A DNA stretch of 63,886 bases, filler included, from Octopus bimaculoides (GCF_001194135.2; 6 parts of 5 records of this genome joined end to end with filler, not necessarily neighbours in it); one strand, 5' to 3'. Counted from the first letter of the whole stretch, positions 26,655 to 39,809 are shown. Made by a program: numbers and translations. Notes: generated by a model not told the origin, from the letters alone.

Positions 26655-26800
26655 GTAGGCATCGGCGTGGCTGTGTGATAAGAAGTTTGCTTCCCAACCA
26701 CATGGTTTTGGGTTCAGTTCTGCTGCGTGATACCTTGGGCAAGTGTCTTCTATTATGGGCCTTGCATGTGAATTCGTTAGACGGAAACAGATGAAACCCA

Positions 26801-26805
<5 letters not shown>
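26655..26805 (+). mobile_element. SINE family C head
   Basis: GGCGTGGCTGTGTGATAAGAAGTTTGCTTCCCAACCACATGGTTTTGGGTTCAGTTC. Confidence 0.8.
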
Positions 26806-26833
<28 letters not shown>

Positions 26834-26885
26834 ATATATATGTGTATAAATGACGATGATCGTGATATTTTATATATACGTTGTC

Positions 26886-26930
<45 letters not shown>

Positions 26931-27931
26931 GCCAATATCACACTTCAGAATAATCCAGAATGGTCTTGGAATCCATTGTTATATTCCTGAAGTCAAATAC
27001 ATCGAAAATCCAATCAGATGAGAAAAAACATATCAAAATAAAAAATCCAAGGAAAAGAAAATGCGAAATCAAAGAAGAACGAAAAGGAATATACAAAAAA
27101 AAACCCCAACAAACAAAAGCCGTTCATAAAAGACATGTCTACGAAGCTGACGTACCCAGGATGAAGACAGAGTCTTTGGTATGTCTACAACAAATGCTTT
27201 ATTCACAATTCTACAGCTGATGACAATTCTTTGAGAAGATATCTGACGCCTCTGTCGGCTGTTTCTGGATTGAAACTGCTACGCTTTTGTTGTTGCTGTT
27301 ATTGCTNNNNNNNNNNNNNNNNNNNNNNNNNNNNNNNNNNNNNNNNNNNNNNNNNNNNNNNNNNNNNNNNNNNNNNNNNNNNNNNNNNNNNNNNNNNNNN
27401 NNNNNNNNNNNNNNNNNNNNNNNNNNNNNNNNNNNNNNNNNNNNNNNNNNNNNNNNNNNNNNNNNNNNNNNNNNNNNNNNNNNNNNNNNNNNNNNNNNNN
27501 NNNNNNNNNNNNNNNNNNNNNNNNNNNNNNNNNNNNNNNNNNNNNNNNNNNNNNNNNNNNNNNNNNNNNNNNNNNNNNNNNNNNNNNNNNNNNNNNNNNN
27601 NNNNNNNNNNNNNNNNNNNNNNNNNNNNNNNNNNNNNNNNNNNNNNNNNNNNNNNNNNNNNNNNNNNNNNNNNNNNNNNNNNNNNNNNNNNNNNNNNNNN
27701 NNNNNNNNNNNNNNNNNNNNNNNNNNNNNNNNNNNNNNNNNNNNNNNNNNNNNNNNNNNNNNNNNNNNNNNNNNTGTGTATAACACACACACACACACAC
27801 ACATATGTATGTATGTATGTATATATATATATATGGATGTATGTATGCATGTATATATATATATATATATATACAAGCGTGTGTGTTTGTGTGCGCGCTG
27901 GTGTCTATGTCTATTTCTTCTCTCGCTCTCG

Positions 27932-27974
<43 letters not shown>

Positions 27975-28159
27975 AGTCTGTCTGTCTCTCTCTCCTTCTG
28001 TCTCTCTGCTTCTCTCTCTCTATGTTTCTGTATATAATTACATAACTGTGTATAAACACACACACACACACACACACACACACTTATGTATATCTGTCTA
28101 ACTCCTTGTTTCTATAATTACAAAATCGTGTATTAATCAATATATATATATAAATATAA

Positions 28160-28190
<31 letters not shown>

Positions 28191-28524
28191 CATATATATG
28201 TATACATATGTACTATTAATAACGAGGTGGCAGTGTATATATAACAATGCTGTCCACTTCGATGACAGGTGAATTCTGTAGAGAAGAAGCGAAACGTTGT
28301 AATTGATGCTGTTAGATTAATCTGACCTCTGACCTCAGGTTTTAAAAGGCTGTCGTCTGTTATGCTGTGAAATATTAATTAGTTGGAATAATTAGTGGCT
28401 TAGACGTAGCTTCGACAATTTAATTTCACCCTAAACACCCAACACAAACTCGATGACATGATTAAATACTTTAGAAACGGGTAGGATTCGGGTGGACGGC
28501 AGAGTCGGGGGTGGGGATTAAGGA

Positions 28525-28598
<74 letters not shown>

Positions 28599-29418
28599 CT
28601 CAAGGAACCACGTCGTGTTAATAAAAATATTACGGGTGGATGGCGGATGCAAGTGTGGTGCTTATAGTGATGTCTCTTTCAAAGTTATAGGTTCCAATCT
28701 CACTGGGGGATAGAGTCAGCTTTTGTTTTATCCGAAGACAAGTTCTGGGGGTCGGTTTCAATCGGCTGTAACCGATTCCCTTCCCTTAATATATAACTGG
28801 TATTATGCTTGTCTAACAAGTCATTTTCAGCATTGTCATCGTCGTTGTTGTTGTGGCTCTTCTTCTTCTTCTTCTTTTTCTTCTTCTTCTCCCCTTATCC
28901 CTCTCCTCCTCACTTCCCCTCTCCCACGTCCTCCTCATTCCTCCTCCCCTCATCTTCTCCCCTTTTCCCCTCCTCCACCCATTCTTCTTCTTCTGGCTGC
29001 TATGTTTAGCAGGTCGAGCGATCACCTAGAAGCCCCGTAATTGGAGCATAGCAAAAAATGCTTGTACGGCGCATCTAGTCAAGGCTATGCATGCGTATGT
29101 GTGTATATAGATGTATGTGTGTGTGTGTATGTATGTAGGTGTGTGTGCATATGTGTTGTGTGTATGTATGTTGGCGTGTGCGAGGGTGTTGTGTGTGTGT
29201 GTGTAGGAGGCGGAGGGTAGGGGTAGGGGAGGGTTTCAATGGGTTTCGGTCGGATCAGCAATCGATACCTTTGCTACTGTTGCCAAGGTTACATTGATCG
29301 GTGTCCAAAATAATGGACNNNNNNNNNNNNNNNNNNNNNNNNNNNNNNNNNNNNNNNNNNNNTTAATTAATTAANNNNNNNNNNNNNNNNNNNNNNNNNN
29401 NNNNNNNNNNNNNNNNNN

Positions 29419-29450
<32 letters not shown>

Positions 29451-29455
29451 ATATA

Positions 29456-29496
<41 letters not shown>

Positions 29497-30133
29497 GTAT
29501 ATATATACACATGCATACTGCATTTGCTTGTGTATAAGACGATTGCGCGTTATACACGAGTAAATATGGTATGTATTCTATCAAAGGCGTGTGTATGTGT
29601 GTGTGTATGTGTGTGTGTACACTATCGTGTCCTGAATCTGACGTACCGGGATCGAATTTTTCTTAAGTAATCTTAAGTGCTTCCGCTTAGGGCGACGCTC
29701 AAGGTAGTCAAATCACTTCAGCGCATTGCTTCTGTAGGCAAGAGATTTTTTCTGCGGGGGTCAAGTCTGAAGTCCCCTTTCCATCCTTTCGCATTTAGAA
29801 GAGAAACTGTAACTGGAGCTGTTCCTGTTGAGTCCGGCATGGACCGTCCTCGGAATAATAGACCAGAAGGAACGAATAAAAACGTGATGGTGGAACGGTC
29901 TTGCATGGAAAATGATCATTGGAAATAACGCGCTTTGGGCCGACTTGGGCTGACACTAAAAGCCATAGCGACCCATAGATAGAAATGGGCAGCTTACAGA
30001 TAAGCATGGTAGGTATTAAGGACCGATCTACGGAACAGGCCGGGACAGATTAGATCGGAAATAGAAACTTCATAGTGACAAACGAAGGTCTTAGCTTCTT
30101 TTAGCTGTTTCAGCCATTGGAATATATAAAAAC

Positions 30134-30240
30134 CAGCGGTTCCTTATCATTTTTAATCTATGGCCCCCTTTGATTATTTTTCTATTCTGGTGGACCCCCA
30201 AAGCCCATTTGATGTTTAAAAACTAGTTTTATAGTTACTT
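30134..30240 (+). mobile_element. Possible hAT-type non-autonomous element end
   Basis: Begins CAGCGGTTCC, resembling hAT termini; no partner TIR found. Confidence 0.3.
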
Positions 30241-30289
30241 TTCTCAGTTTTCCTATTTTGTTATTCACCCATTAACTCGTCGGAGGTTG

Positions 30290-30402
30290 AACTTGTGTAA
30301 AGTGTTAGAAAGAAACCTGGCTGTTTCGTGTTATAATAAATACATCGATCTTTCATTTTTTTACTTGTTTCAGTCATTAGACTGCGGCCATGCTGGGGCA
30401 CA
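30290..30402 (-). mobile_element. SINE family C 3' part
   Basis: TTTACTTGTTTCAGTCATTAGACTGCGGCCATGCTGGGGCAC is the reverse complement of the family C tail. Confidence 0.75.
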
Positions 30403-30447
30403 CACACATATTTATATATATATATATATACATACATATATACATAC

Positions 30448-30530
<83 letters not shown>

Positions 30531-30682
30531 TATATTCATACATATATATACATATACATATACGCATATATATATGTATATATACCTGTATATGTGTATA
30601 TGTGTGCGCGCTTGTGCAAGTGAATTACAGACAGATGATCAAGCAAACAGATCGATAAAGGTAGACAGACAGACAGACAGAC

Positions 30683-30715
<33 letters not shown>

Positions 30716-30996
30716 TAGACAAGATTGAAAATCGGCAAACTATATATTTATAGCTAAATAAACACACAAAATATATCGACACACAGACTGCCCGACAGTC
30801 AGACAGACAGACAGACAGACTGATAAATTGATAGACAAACAGACAGACAAAAAGACAGTGACACAAAAGGTTAGTAAGTATATTTTTTTTATGTTTTTTT
30901 TTACGTTTTTCTTTCTTTTTCTTTTCTTTTTATGAATGAATGGAGAAAAGAATGGGGGAAACAAATACAAAACAAACAGAAATAAAAGATCACAAT

Positions 30997-31055
<59 letters not shown>

Positions 31056-33159
31056 AGTAAAGGTGGCGATAAAAGGCAATAGAAGATCTTAAAGAAAGAA
31101 AGAAAGAAAGAAAGAAAGAAGGAAAGAAAGAACTGTGAAGAAAGGAAACATGCAAGTCATACAAACACATATACATACATGCGGATGTATATACGTATGT
31201 ACATACATACGTATAGACATACATACACACATACATATATACATACATATATGTACATTCTTACATATATATATATATATATATATATANNNNNNNNNNN
31301 NNNNNNNNNNNNNNNNNNNNNNNNNNNNNNNNNNNNNNNNNNNNNNNNNNNNNNNNNNNNNNNNNNNNNNNNNNNNNNNNNNNNNNNNNNNNNNNNNNNN
31401 NNNNNNNNNNNNNNNNNNNNNNNNNNNNNNNNNNNNNNNNNNNNNNNNNNNNNNNNNNNNNNNNNNNNNNNNNNNNNNNNNNNNNNNNNNNNNNNNNNNN
31501 NNNNNNNNNNNNNNNNNNNNNNNNNNNNNNNNNNNNNNNNNNNNNNNNNNNNNNNNNNNNNNNNNNNNNNNNNNNNNNNNNNNNNNNNNNNNNNNNNNNN
31601 NNNNNNNNNNNNNNNNNNNNNNNNNNNNNNNNNNNNNNNNNNNNNNNNNNNNNNNNNNNNNNNNNNNNNNNNNNNNNNNNNNNNNNNNNNNNNNNNNNNN
31701 NNNNNNNNNNNNNNNNNNNNNNNNNATATATATATATATATATATACAATATATGAGTATATGCATATATATGTACATGTATGTATATACGTTCATCTAC
31801 ATGTACATATAGATACATATATATAGACATGCGTATATGCTTGTGTGGGTGCGTGAGTGTGAGAGCCTTTTTCTATATGCATATATATATCTACCTATAA
31901 ACACACACGCACACACACAGACATACACACCCGTGTGTATGTTTTTTGCATGTATATGTTTTATCACCAGAACAATGTTAAAACCTTTATTGTTTAAACT
32001 GTGAGTGGATAATTGCGTAAAAATAGCGGTTCGACAAATAGCGAGCAATAAAATACACTGGAGCCGTTCGTTGTGATCAGTTTTGGACAAAGCCATTTCG
32101 ATATCAACAACCGGCTCACAACATAAGATAAAGAACTTCGGATCCACCGACACTGATAACAATAAGCGTTTGATAATATTATTGGAGATCATAAGCAGCT
32201 TGCGATGTATCCATGGGGCTGAAGTAATGCCAGGGTTGATACGAAAGATCGCAACACGATGCCCCAGTATGGCCACAGTCCAACCATTGGATGCAGTTGG
32301 CGTTGGTACTGTGGCCAATGCCATTGTATTACATACATACACATACGTACACATACCTGTATATATATNNNNNNNNNNNNNNNNNNNNNNNNNNNNNNNN
32401 NNNNNNNNNNNNNNNNNNNNNNNNNNNNNNNNNNNNNNNNNNNNNNNNNNNNNNNNNNNNNNNNNNNNNNNNNNNNNNNNNNNNNNNNNNNNNNNNNNNN
32501 NNNNNNNNNNNNNNNNNNNNNNNNNNNNNNNNNNNNNNNNNNNNNNNNNNNNNNNNNNNNNNNNNNNNNNNNNNNNNNNNNNNNNNNNNNNNNNNNNNNN
32601 NNNNNNNNNNNNNNNNNNNNNNNNNNNNNNNNNNNNNNNNNNNNNNNNNNNNNNNNNNNNNNNNNNNNNNNNNNNNNNNNNNNNNNNNNNNNNNNNNNNN
32701 NNNNNNNNNNNNNNNNNNNNNNNNNNNNNNNNNNNNNNNNNNNNNNNNNNNNNNNNNNNNNNNNNNNNNNNNNNNNNNNNNNNNNNNNNNNNNNNNNNNN
32801 NNNNNNNNNNNNNNNNNNNNNNNNNNNNNNNNNNNNNNNNNNNNNNNNNNNNNNNNNNNNNNNNNNNNNNNNNNNNNNNNNNNNNNNNNNNNNNNNNNNN
32901 NNNNNNNNNNNNNNNNNNNNNNNNNNNNNNNNNNNNNNNNNNNNNNNNNNNNNNNNNNNNNNNNNNNNNNNNNNNNNNNNNNNNNNNNNNNNNNNNNNNN
33001 NNNNNNNNNNNNNNNNNNNNNNNNNNNNNNNNNNNNNNNNNNNNNNNNNNNNNNNNNNNNNNNNNNNNNNNNNNNNNNNNNNNNNNNNNNNNNNNNNNNN
33101 NNNNNNNNNNNNNNNNNNNNNNNNNNNNNNNNNNNNNNNATCTATCTATCCATCTATCC

Positions 33160-33221
<62 letters not shown>

Positions 33222-34863
33222 TTATGTATCTATCTATCTATCTATCTAATCTATCGATCTGTCTATTTATCGATCTATCTATCTATCTATTTGTCAGTCT
33301 GTCTGTCTTTCTGTCTCGTCAAATGACACACGAAAAACAATTTCATTTCCCACCAAAAATAAAAAGAAAAGAAAAAGAGAAAAAAATCCAGTAATAACAC
33401 AACAAACAATAAAAATACAACAACAACAACAACAATAATAATAATAATCCTGATAAAAAAGGAAAAAGAAGACTTATGTCTGGTTATTTACCTTCAATAA
33501 AAGCTTGAGCGTGGCTGTGTGTAATATACCTCTGTAGTAATAATAATAATACAAACAGGCTGGATAGGCTGCTGGTAGAATCCGACTGGCACGGCGCCGT
33601 GTACATTATAAATGACTTGACCACACGGTGGTCGAGATCAAATTGTCGACGGAGACACACACACGCCAGTGTGTGTGTGCATGTGGATGGATGTGTGTAT
33701 GCGCGCGTGTGTGTGTGTGTGTGCGTGTGTGTGTATGTATAAGTATGTGTGTGTGCGTCTGTCTGTGTCTGTCTGTCTATGTGTTTTTTGTGTGTAAACA
33801 GCTCCTCCGCCTCCTACTCTCACGACGACGACGACTCCCACCACCCCTACCGCGCTCGCCTTCGTTTTTTTCCTTTTTTTTACCGTGATTTTTTTTCTTA
33901 CCGTCTGTCTGCGCTCTTTCTCTCTCCCTCTCTATTTTTCTCCCTCTCTCTATCTCTCTCTGTATCACTCTCTTCTTCTGTCTCAGTCTATCTCTTTCTC
34001 CTCCTCCCTCTCTCTACCAACTTCCCTGTTGTGTGTGTGTGTCGTTTGGTATATGTATGCGTTCGACTCTCTCTCTCTCCTTCTCTCTGCCCCCTTTCCT
34101 GTCTATCTATCAATCATTCTCTGATGTGTGTATGTATTGTTTGGTATATGTATATGTACGTGTCTCTCTCTCCCCTCTCTCTGTCTCTTCGCTCTCTCTT
34201 TCCAATCTCCCTCTGCCTATCACTCTCTCTATAATCTTTGTATGGATATGTGTGTGTGTCTCACTTTTCTCTCTCATTCCTCTGTATCATTTTATGTGAT
34301 GTCTATGTGTGTGTATCTTGTGTGTGTGATGCGATGTATGAAGGCGGCGGCGGCGGCGGCGGTGTGCGCGATGTTGCGTAGTTTCTGATAGAGGGAACGG
34401 GGGTGTAATAGACGACGGGTTGTAAGCGTGTGTATGTGTGTGTGTGTGTAGTTTGCAGTGTTTGCGTCTATGATTGACAATGCATGCGTGCGTACGGCCG
34501 GGTGGCGATGACGGTAATGTTATTGTGTGTGTGTGTGCGTGCGTGTGTGTTTAATACTATATGTGCGATTTTCGAGTTGCTGGTAGTGGTGTGAGTGTGT
34601 GTATGCTGTGTAGGCACGCAGACACGCACGCGCATACACACAAACACCTCATACACACTGTCTCTCCCTCCCTCTCTCTTCTCCCTTCCCCCCTCTCTCT
34701 TCTCCCTTCCTCCTCCTCTCTCTCCTTCCCTTCGTCTGTCTGTCTGTCTTTCTCTCCCTTCCACCCTGGAGATGTTATTAAATTCACAAATACGGTTCCG
34801 CCATTGGCTGGGTATTTGTATATATTTGTGTATATAGGAGGCGTGTTTATATACGCATATAGG

Positions 34864-34894
<31 letters not shown>

Positions 34895-34939
34895 CATATA
34901 TATATATATATATATATATATTCTATTATTCTTTTATTC

Positions 34940-35056
34940 TTTTATTCGTTTCAGTCACTTAATTGCAGCCATGCTGGAGCACTGCCTTTAGTCGAACAAA
35001 TCGACCCCCGGGACTTATTCTTTGTAAGCCTAGTACTTATTCTTTCGGTCTCTTTT
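34940..35056 (-). mobile_element. SINE family C 3' part
   Basis: TTTCAGTCACTTAATTGCAGCCATGCTGGAGCACTGCCTTTAGTCGAAC..CTAGTACTTATTC. Confidence 0.8.
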
Positions 35057-35254
35057 NNNNNNNNNNNNNNNNNNNNNNNNNNNNNNNNNNNNNNNNNNNN
35101 NNNNNNNNNNNNNNNNNNNNNNNNNNNNNNNNNNNNNNNNNNNNNNNNNNNNNNNNNNNNNNNNNNNNNNNNNNNNNNNNNNNNNNNNNNNNNNNNNNNN
35201 NNNNNNTATATATATGATTGACCGCTAAATCCACGAGTTTTTTAAAAATCCTCT

Positions 35255-35400
35255 CTGTTTATTTCCTCATGTTCCTTTCTGCTGAAGAGCGTAGGCTCGA
35301 AACGTAAAGGACTTCCTCACCTTCTCGAGCGTCAAACTAACACACCTGTTTGTTGTTTATACACCTGTCTTCGTTTTTTGCTTTTCTGTAAATTTGAATA
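35255..35400 (+). mobile_element. Repeat resembling a PLE pLTR, with hammerhead-like core
   Basis: CTGAAGA-GCGTAGGCTC-GAAAC-GTA at 35282-35306; second copy of the 22.5 kb repeat. Confidence 0.6.
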
Positions 35401-35439
35401 TATATATAGGTGCATGTATGTGTGTGTGTGTGTGTGTGT

Positions 35440-36115
35440 GCTGCCTAACGCGTCGCCCGGCCTAAGACATTGGTCTGCTCAAGAAAGCCTTCTGATTGCA
35501 TTCTGCATCCTAATGGAACAGCACTGAGACAAATGATGAAGTTCGGGTATCTCAGAAGAATATTCATGGGAGATTGGAAGCAGGAGGCGGAATTACAGGA
35601 GGCTGGAATTTGAGACGCTGACACGGGAATGAACGAAATCAGGCATTCAATCCGTGCCCTTTCGTTACCATATTTCTGTAGAAATACATTGTTTGTATAG
35701 ATTAATTCTGAAAATAATGGTTTTACTTGAGGTCTCCAGCCTGCACCGAATGGGTTCACTGCTGAATGTTACAAGGCAGGGATCAGAATTGATGTTGCGA
35801 AGACTGGGACATTGATCTGCTTAAGAAAGTATACCCAGGGCACTTTGCAGATTAGTGGAACATCTTTGAGAGAATTGGAGAAGTTTAAGCATCTCAGAAG
35901 CATACACATGAGAGATGGGAAGCAAGAGGATAGAATTGGATGCTGGAATTGTAGATTCTGGCACACCGTGATGTGCCAGCTGGAGCATTTGATTCTCAGA
36001 AGAGGAGTGATTGGTGAAAAAAGCCAAACTTGTTTTCTTCAAATTGGTTTCTGTACCTAGCCTCACCTATGGTCCTGAATGTTAGGTAATGACTGAAAGA
36101 ATACAATCACAAATT
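35440..36115 (+). mobile_element. RTE-clade LINE fragment (RT C-terminal part)
   Basis: NGFTAECYKAGIRI, GTSLRELEKFKHL, SLTYGPEC*VMTERIQSQI match the RTE RT/thumb region; frameshifted. Confidence 0.8.
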
Positions 36116-36243
36116 AGCAAGATCGATCGTACCAGTCTGTCAGAACTCACATCATGGGCCTTGGTTCGTCATCCTGTGCAACCCGACGAAATTAATAAAC
36201 GAAATTAATTAATTAATTAATTAAAACGTAACTAGTATTTGTA

Positions 36244-36520
36244 GTGGAGGCGCGTGGCTTAATGGTTAGGGAGTTGGACTCGTGATTGTAAGACTGTGGT
36301 TGAAGTTGTAAAAATGTTGAAGTTTCTTTCTCGAGTCGTACCGATTCATAAGGTCCGTTTTTCCGGTCTCCATAACGTATGTATTCCTCACCTGGAGGGG
36401 GCGCCGGTCCATCGTAGGGTTACTCCTTTTTGCCAGCTGAGTGGACTGGAGCAACGGGAAATGAAGTGTTTTGCTCAAGGACACAACGCATCGCCCGACC
36501 TAAGAATCGAAACCGCAATC
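36244..36520. mobile_element. tRNA-derived SINE with head on + strand (36244-36301) and body/tail on - strand (36302-36520)
   Basis: Plus: GTGGAGGCGCGTGGCTTAATGGTTAGGG. Minus: GATTGCGGTTTCGATTC..GTGTCCTTGAGCAAAACACTTCATTTC..CCAGTCCACTCAGCTGGC. Confidence 0.8.
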
Positions 36521-37814
36521 GCCGCAACAAGTGTGGGAATCTGAGAGGGGAATCGGTTGAAGACAATCATTATTAACTGATCCTCTCATATCCCCACCCA
36601 TTGTAGTTACTTTTAACGAAAGCCAGGAACTTACCAGCACCATTTTGCATATGTGCATCTATGCATACGTGTGTCTATGTATGTACGTATGTCTATACAT
36701 ATGTATGTATGTTATCAATCAGTTTCATTTCTGTATTTCTTGTCCATAGAGAAAGAGCCGGACCCTAACATAGATTCAAGGCTCCTTCATTGGAACTTTT
36801 ATCAACATCATCTAGGTATTTGTGCATATGTGNNNNNNNNNNNNNNNNNNNNNNNNNNNNNNNNNNNNNNNNNNNNNNNNNNNNNNNNNNNNNNNNNNNN
36901 NNNNNNNNNNNNNNNNNNNNNNNNNNNNNNNNNNNNNNNNNNNNNNNNNNNNNNNNNNNNNNNNNNNNNNNNNNNNNNNNNNNNNNNNNNNNNNNNNNNN
37001 NNNNNNNNNNNNNNNNNNNNNNNNNNNNNNNNNNNNNNNNNNNNNNNNNNNNNNNNNNNNNNNNNNNNNNNNNNNNNNNNNNNNNNNNNNNNNNNNNNNN
37101 NNNNNNNNNNNNNNNNNNNNNNNNNNNNNNNNNNNNNNNNNNNNNNNNNNNNNNNNNNNNNNNNNNNNNNNNNNNNNNNNNNNNNNNNNNNNNNNNNNNN
37201 NNNNNNNNNNNNNNNNNNNNNNNNNNNNNNNNNNNNNNNNNNNNNNNNNNNNNNNNNNNNNNNNNNNNNNNNNNNNNNNNNNNNNNNNNNNNNNNNNNNN
37301 NNNNNNNNNNNNNNNNNNNNNNNNNNNNNNNNNNNNNNNNNNNNNNNNNNNNNNNNNNNNNNNNNNNNNNNNNNNNNNNNNNNNNNNNNNNNNNNNNNNN
37401 NNNNNNNNNNNNNNNNNNNNNNNNNNNNNNNNNNNNNNNNNNNNNNNNNNNNNNNNNNNNNNNNNNNNNNNNNNNNNNNNNNNNNNNNNNNNNNNNNNNN
37501 NNNNNNNNNNNNNNNNNNNNNNNNNNNNNNNNNNNNNNNNNNNNNNNNNNNNNNNNNNNNNNNNNNNNNNNNNNNNNNNNNNNNNNNNNNNNNNNNNNNN
37601 NNNNNNNNNNNNNNNNNNNNNNNNNNNNNNNNNNNNNNNNNNNNNNNNNNNNNNNNNNNNNNNNNNNNNNNNNNNNNNNNNNNNNNNNNNNNNNNNNNNN
37701 NNNNNNNNNNNNNNNNNNNNNNNNNNNNNNNNNNNNNNNNNNNNNNNNNNNNNNNNNNNNNNNNNNNNNNNNNNNNNNNNNNNNNNNNNNNNNNNNNNNN
37801 NNNNNNNNNNNATA

Positions 37815-37975
37815 TACGACGGTCTTCTTTCAGTTTCCGTCTACCAAATCCACTCACAAGGCTTTGGTCGGCCCTAGGCTATAGTAGAAGACACTTGCCC
37901 AAGATGCCACGCATTGGGACTGAACCCGGGACCATGTGGTTGGTAAGCAAGCTACTTACCACACAGCCACTCCAT
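37815..37975 (-). mobile_element. SINE family C head
   Basis: Reverse complement of the 18651-18806 head. Confidence 0.85.
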
Positions 37976-38218
37976 GTTTGTTTATTTACATATGTCTGTA
38001 TGCGTGTGTGAGTATGTGTGTGTGTGTGTGTGTGTGTGTCTGTGCGTGTGTATGTATAGATGATTGTATGTGTGTATCTATGTCAGCGTGTAATGTATAA
38101 ATGTGTTTATGTGGGTGTGAAGGCCTGTGTGTGTGTGTGTGTGTATGTGTGTGTGTGTGCCGGTATTTTTCCTTCTCTGTCAGTCATTCTCTTTCACTTT
38201 CACACTTCACTCTTTCTA

Positions 38219-38256
<38 letters not shown>

Positions 38257-38345
38257 ATCTCTCTTTCACCTCCCGCCTGCCTCTCTCTCCGTATCTCTCC
38301 TGCTCTCTACTTCTTTTACCGTTTCTCTTTTCTCTCACCATTCCA

Positions 38346-38394
<49 letters not shown>

Positions 38395-38600
38395 TCTTCA
38401 TCAATCAGTCAACTTCACACGCACACACACACACACACACACACAACACACATTCAAGCACGTACGCATACATACGCGCGCACAAACACACATACATACG
38501 CGTACGCACACACACAAACACACACACAGACTCGCACATACACACATACATGCACCACACACACACATACACACACACACAAACATTTATGTAAACATAG

Positions 38601-38741
38601 CAGAAATATAACAAAAGTCTGTTACTCGGAGTTTCCCGTTCATCGGACAGTTTTGCTAGAAATTCCTTTTCCATTTCTAACAAAACTGTCCGATGAACGG
38701 GAACGGGGAACTCCGAGTAACAGTCTTTTGTTATATTTCTG
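38601..38741. mobile_element. 141-bp palindromic element with two hammerhead-like motifs, flanked by 13-bp direct repeats
   Basis: Arms 38601-38663 and 38673-38741 are inverted copies; TATGTAAACATAG occurs at 38588-38600 and 38742-38754. Confidence 0.85.
38678..38733 (+). ncRNA. Type I hammerhead-ribozyme-like motif (variant core)
   Basis: TAACAAAA-CTGT / CCGATGA / ACGGGAACGG / GGAA-CTCCGAG-TA / ACAG-TC-TTTTGTTA gives a bulged stem I, the core and a near-palindromic stem III. Confidence 0.6.
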
Positions 38742-38825
38742 TATGTAAACATAGAGAGAAAAAGAAAAGAGAGATAGAGGAAATGAAAGAGATAGAATGT
38801 GAGAGAAAAGTACAGATAGATACAG

Positions 38826-38879
<54 letters not shown>

Positions 38880-39559
38880 AAAAAGCGATGCAAGAAGAGA
38901 GAGAGAGAGAGAGAGAGAAAGAATAAGAGAAAAAGGTGGATACATGGTAGAAAGAGAGAGAAAGGGTGGGAGAGATAAACTAATAGAAAGAGAGATGGAG
39001 ACGGAGCAGAGAGAGAGAGAGAGAGGTAAAGAGAGAGAAAATAGCATGTTTGTAAGTAATGAATCCACGCCAAAAAAGATGAGGCGGGTGAGTAATGAGA
39101 AAAAAGGCGGAGTTAATGATGTGACGACAGACTGACGTATCTGTTGGGAAGCTGATAACAAGTGTTGATTGGTTGCTTGTGTGTGAGTGGCGGTCTGTTG
39201 TGGTCACCCGTATGACAATTCATGCACCGCCCTCTCAGTTTGTTTCTCACCTTCCTCGTCTCTCTTTCTCATACTTTCTTCTTTTCCCTCTTATTTCTTC
39301 TAATGTTTCTTCTCCCTCTTTTTCTCTCCCTCTCTTTCTCCTTCTCTCTATAATATGTGTGTCTATCTAACTGCTCGATGACTTAGGCAAACCACCCCCT
39401 ATACACTCATACTCTTTCCCTTTACTTGGCACTCTCTTTCTCTTTCTATAACCTCTCTTTACTTCTCCATCTCTTACCTCTCCTCTCACTCCATCCCCCT
39501 CCCTCAAATAGCTTCTCTCTCTTCTCTCTTCTCTGTCGTTTATCTTTTCCTCATCTTCC

Positions 39560-39775
39560 TCATTGGACTGCGGCCACGCTGGAGCTCTATCTTTAAAAGG
39601 TTTAGTCAAACAAATCGACTCCAGTCTATAGTTGTTTCTTCTTTTTTTTTTATAAATCTGGTAGTTCTTCTATCGGCCTCTTTTGCCGAACCGCTAGTTA
39701 ACAGGGTTGTAAACAAACCAGCATTTGTTGTCAAGCGCTGGCGTGGGAGAAGCACAAACACAAAGACACACACGC
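39560..39775 (-). mobile_element. SINE family C 3' part
   Basis: CATTGGACTGCGGCCACGCTGGAGC..CTCTTTTGCCGAACCGCTAG..TTGTCAAGCG. Confidence 0.75.
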
Positions 39776-39809
39776 ATACATACATACATACATACATACA
39801 TACATACAT

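Noticed and set aside
28270-28305. CTGTAGA..GAAACGTT hammerhead-like string
   Set aside because: Core mismatch and no stem I.
31960-32330. Overlapping ORFs 32083 (+) and 31797 (-)
   Set aside because: No recognisable domain; includes a SINE-tail-like CCCCAGTATGGCCACAGTC and the length is inflated by a gap.
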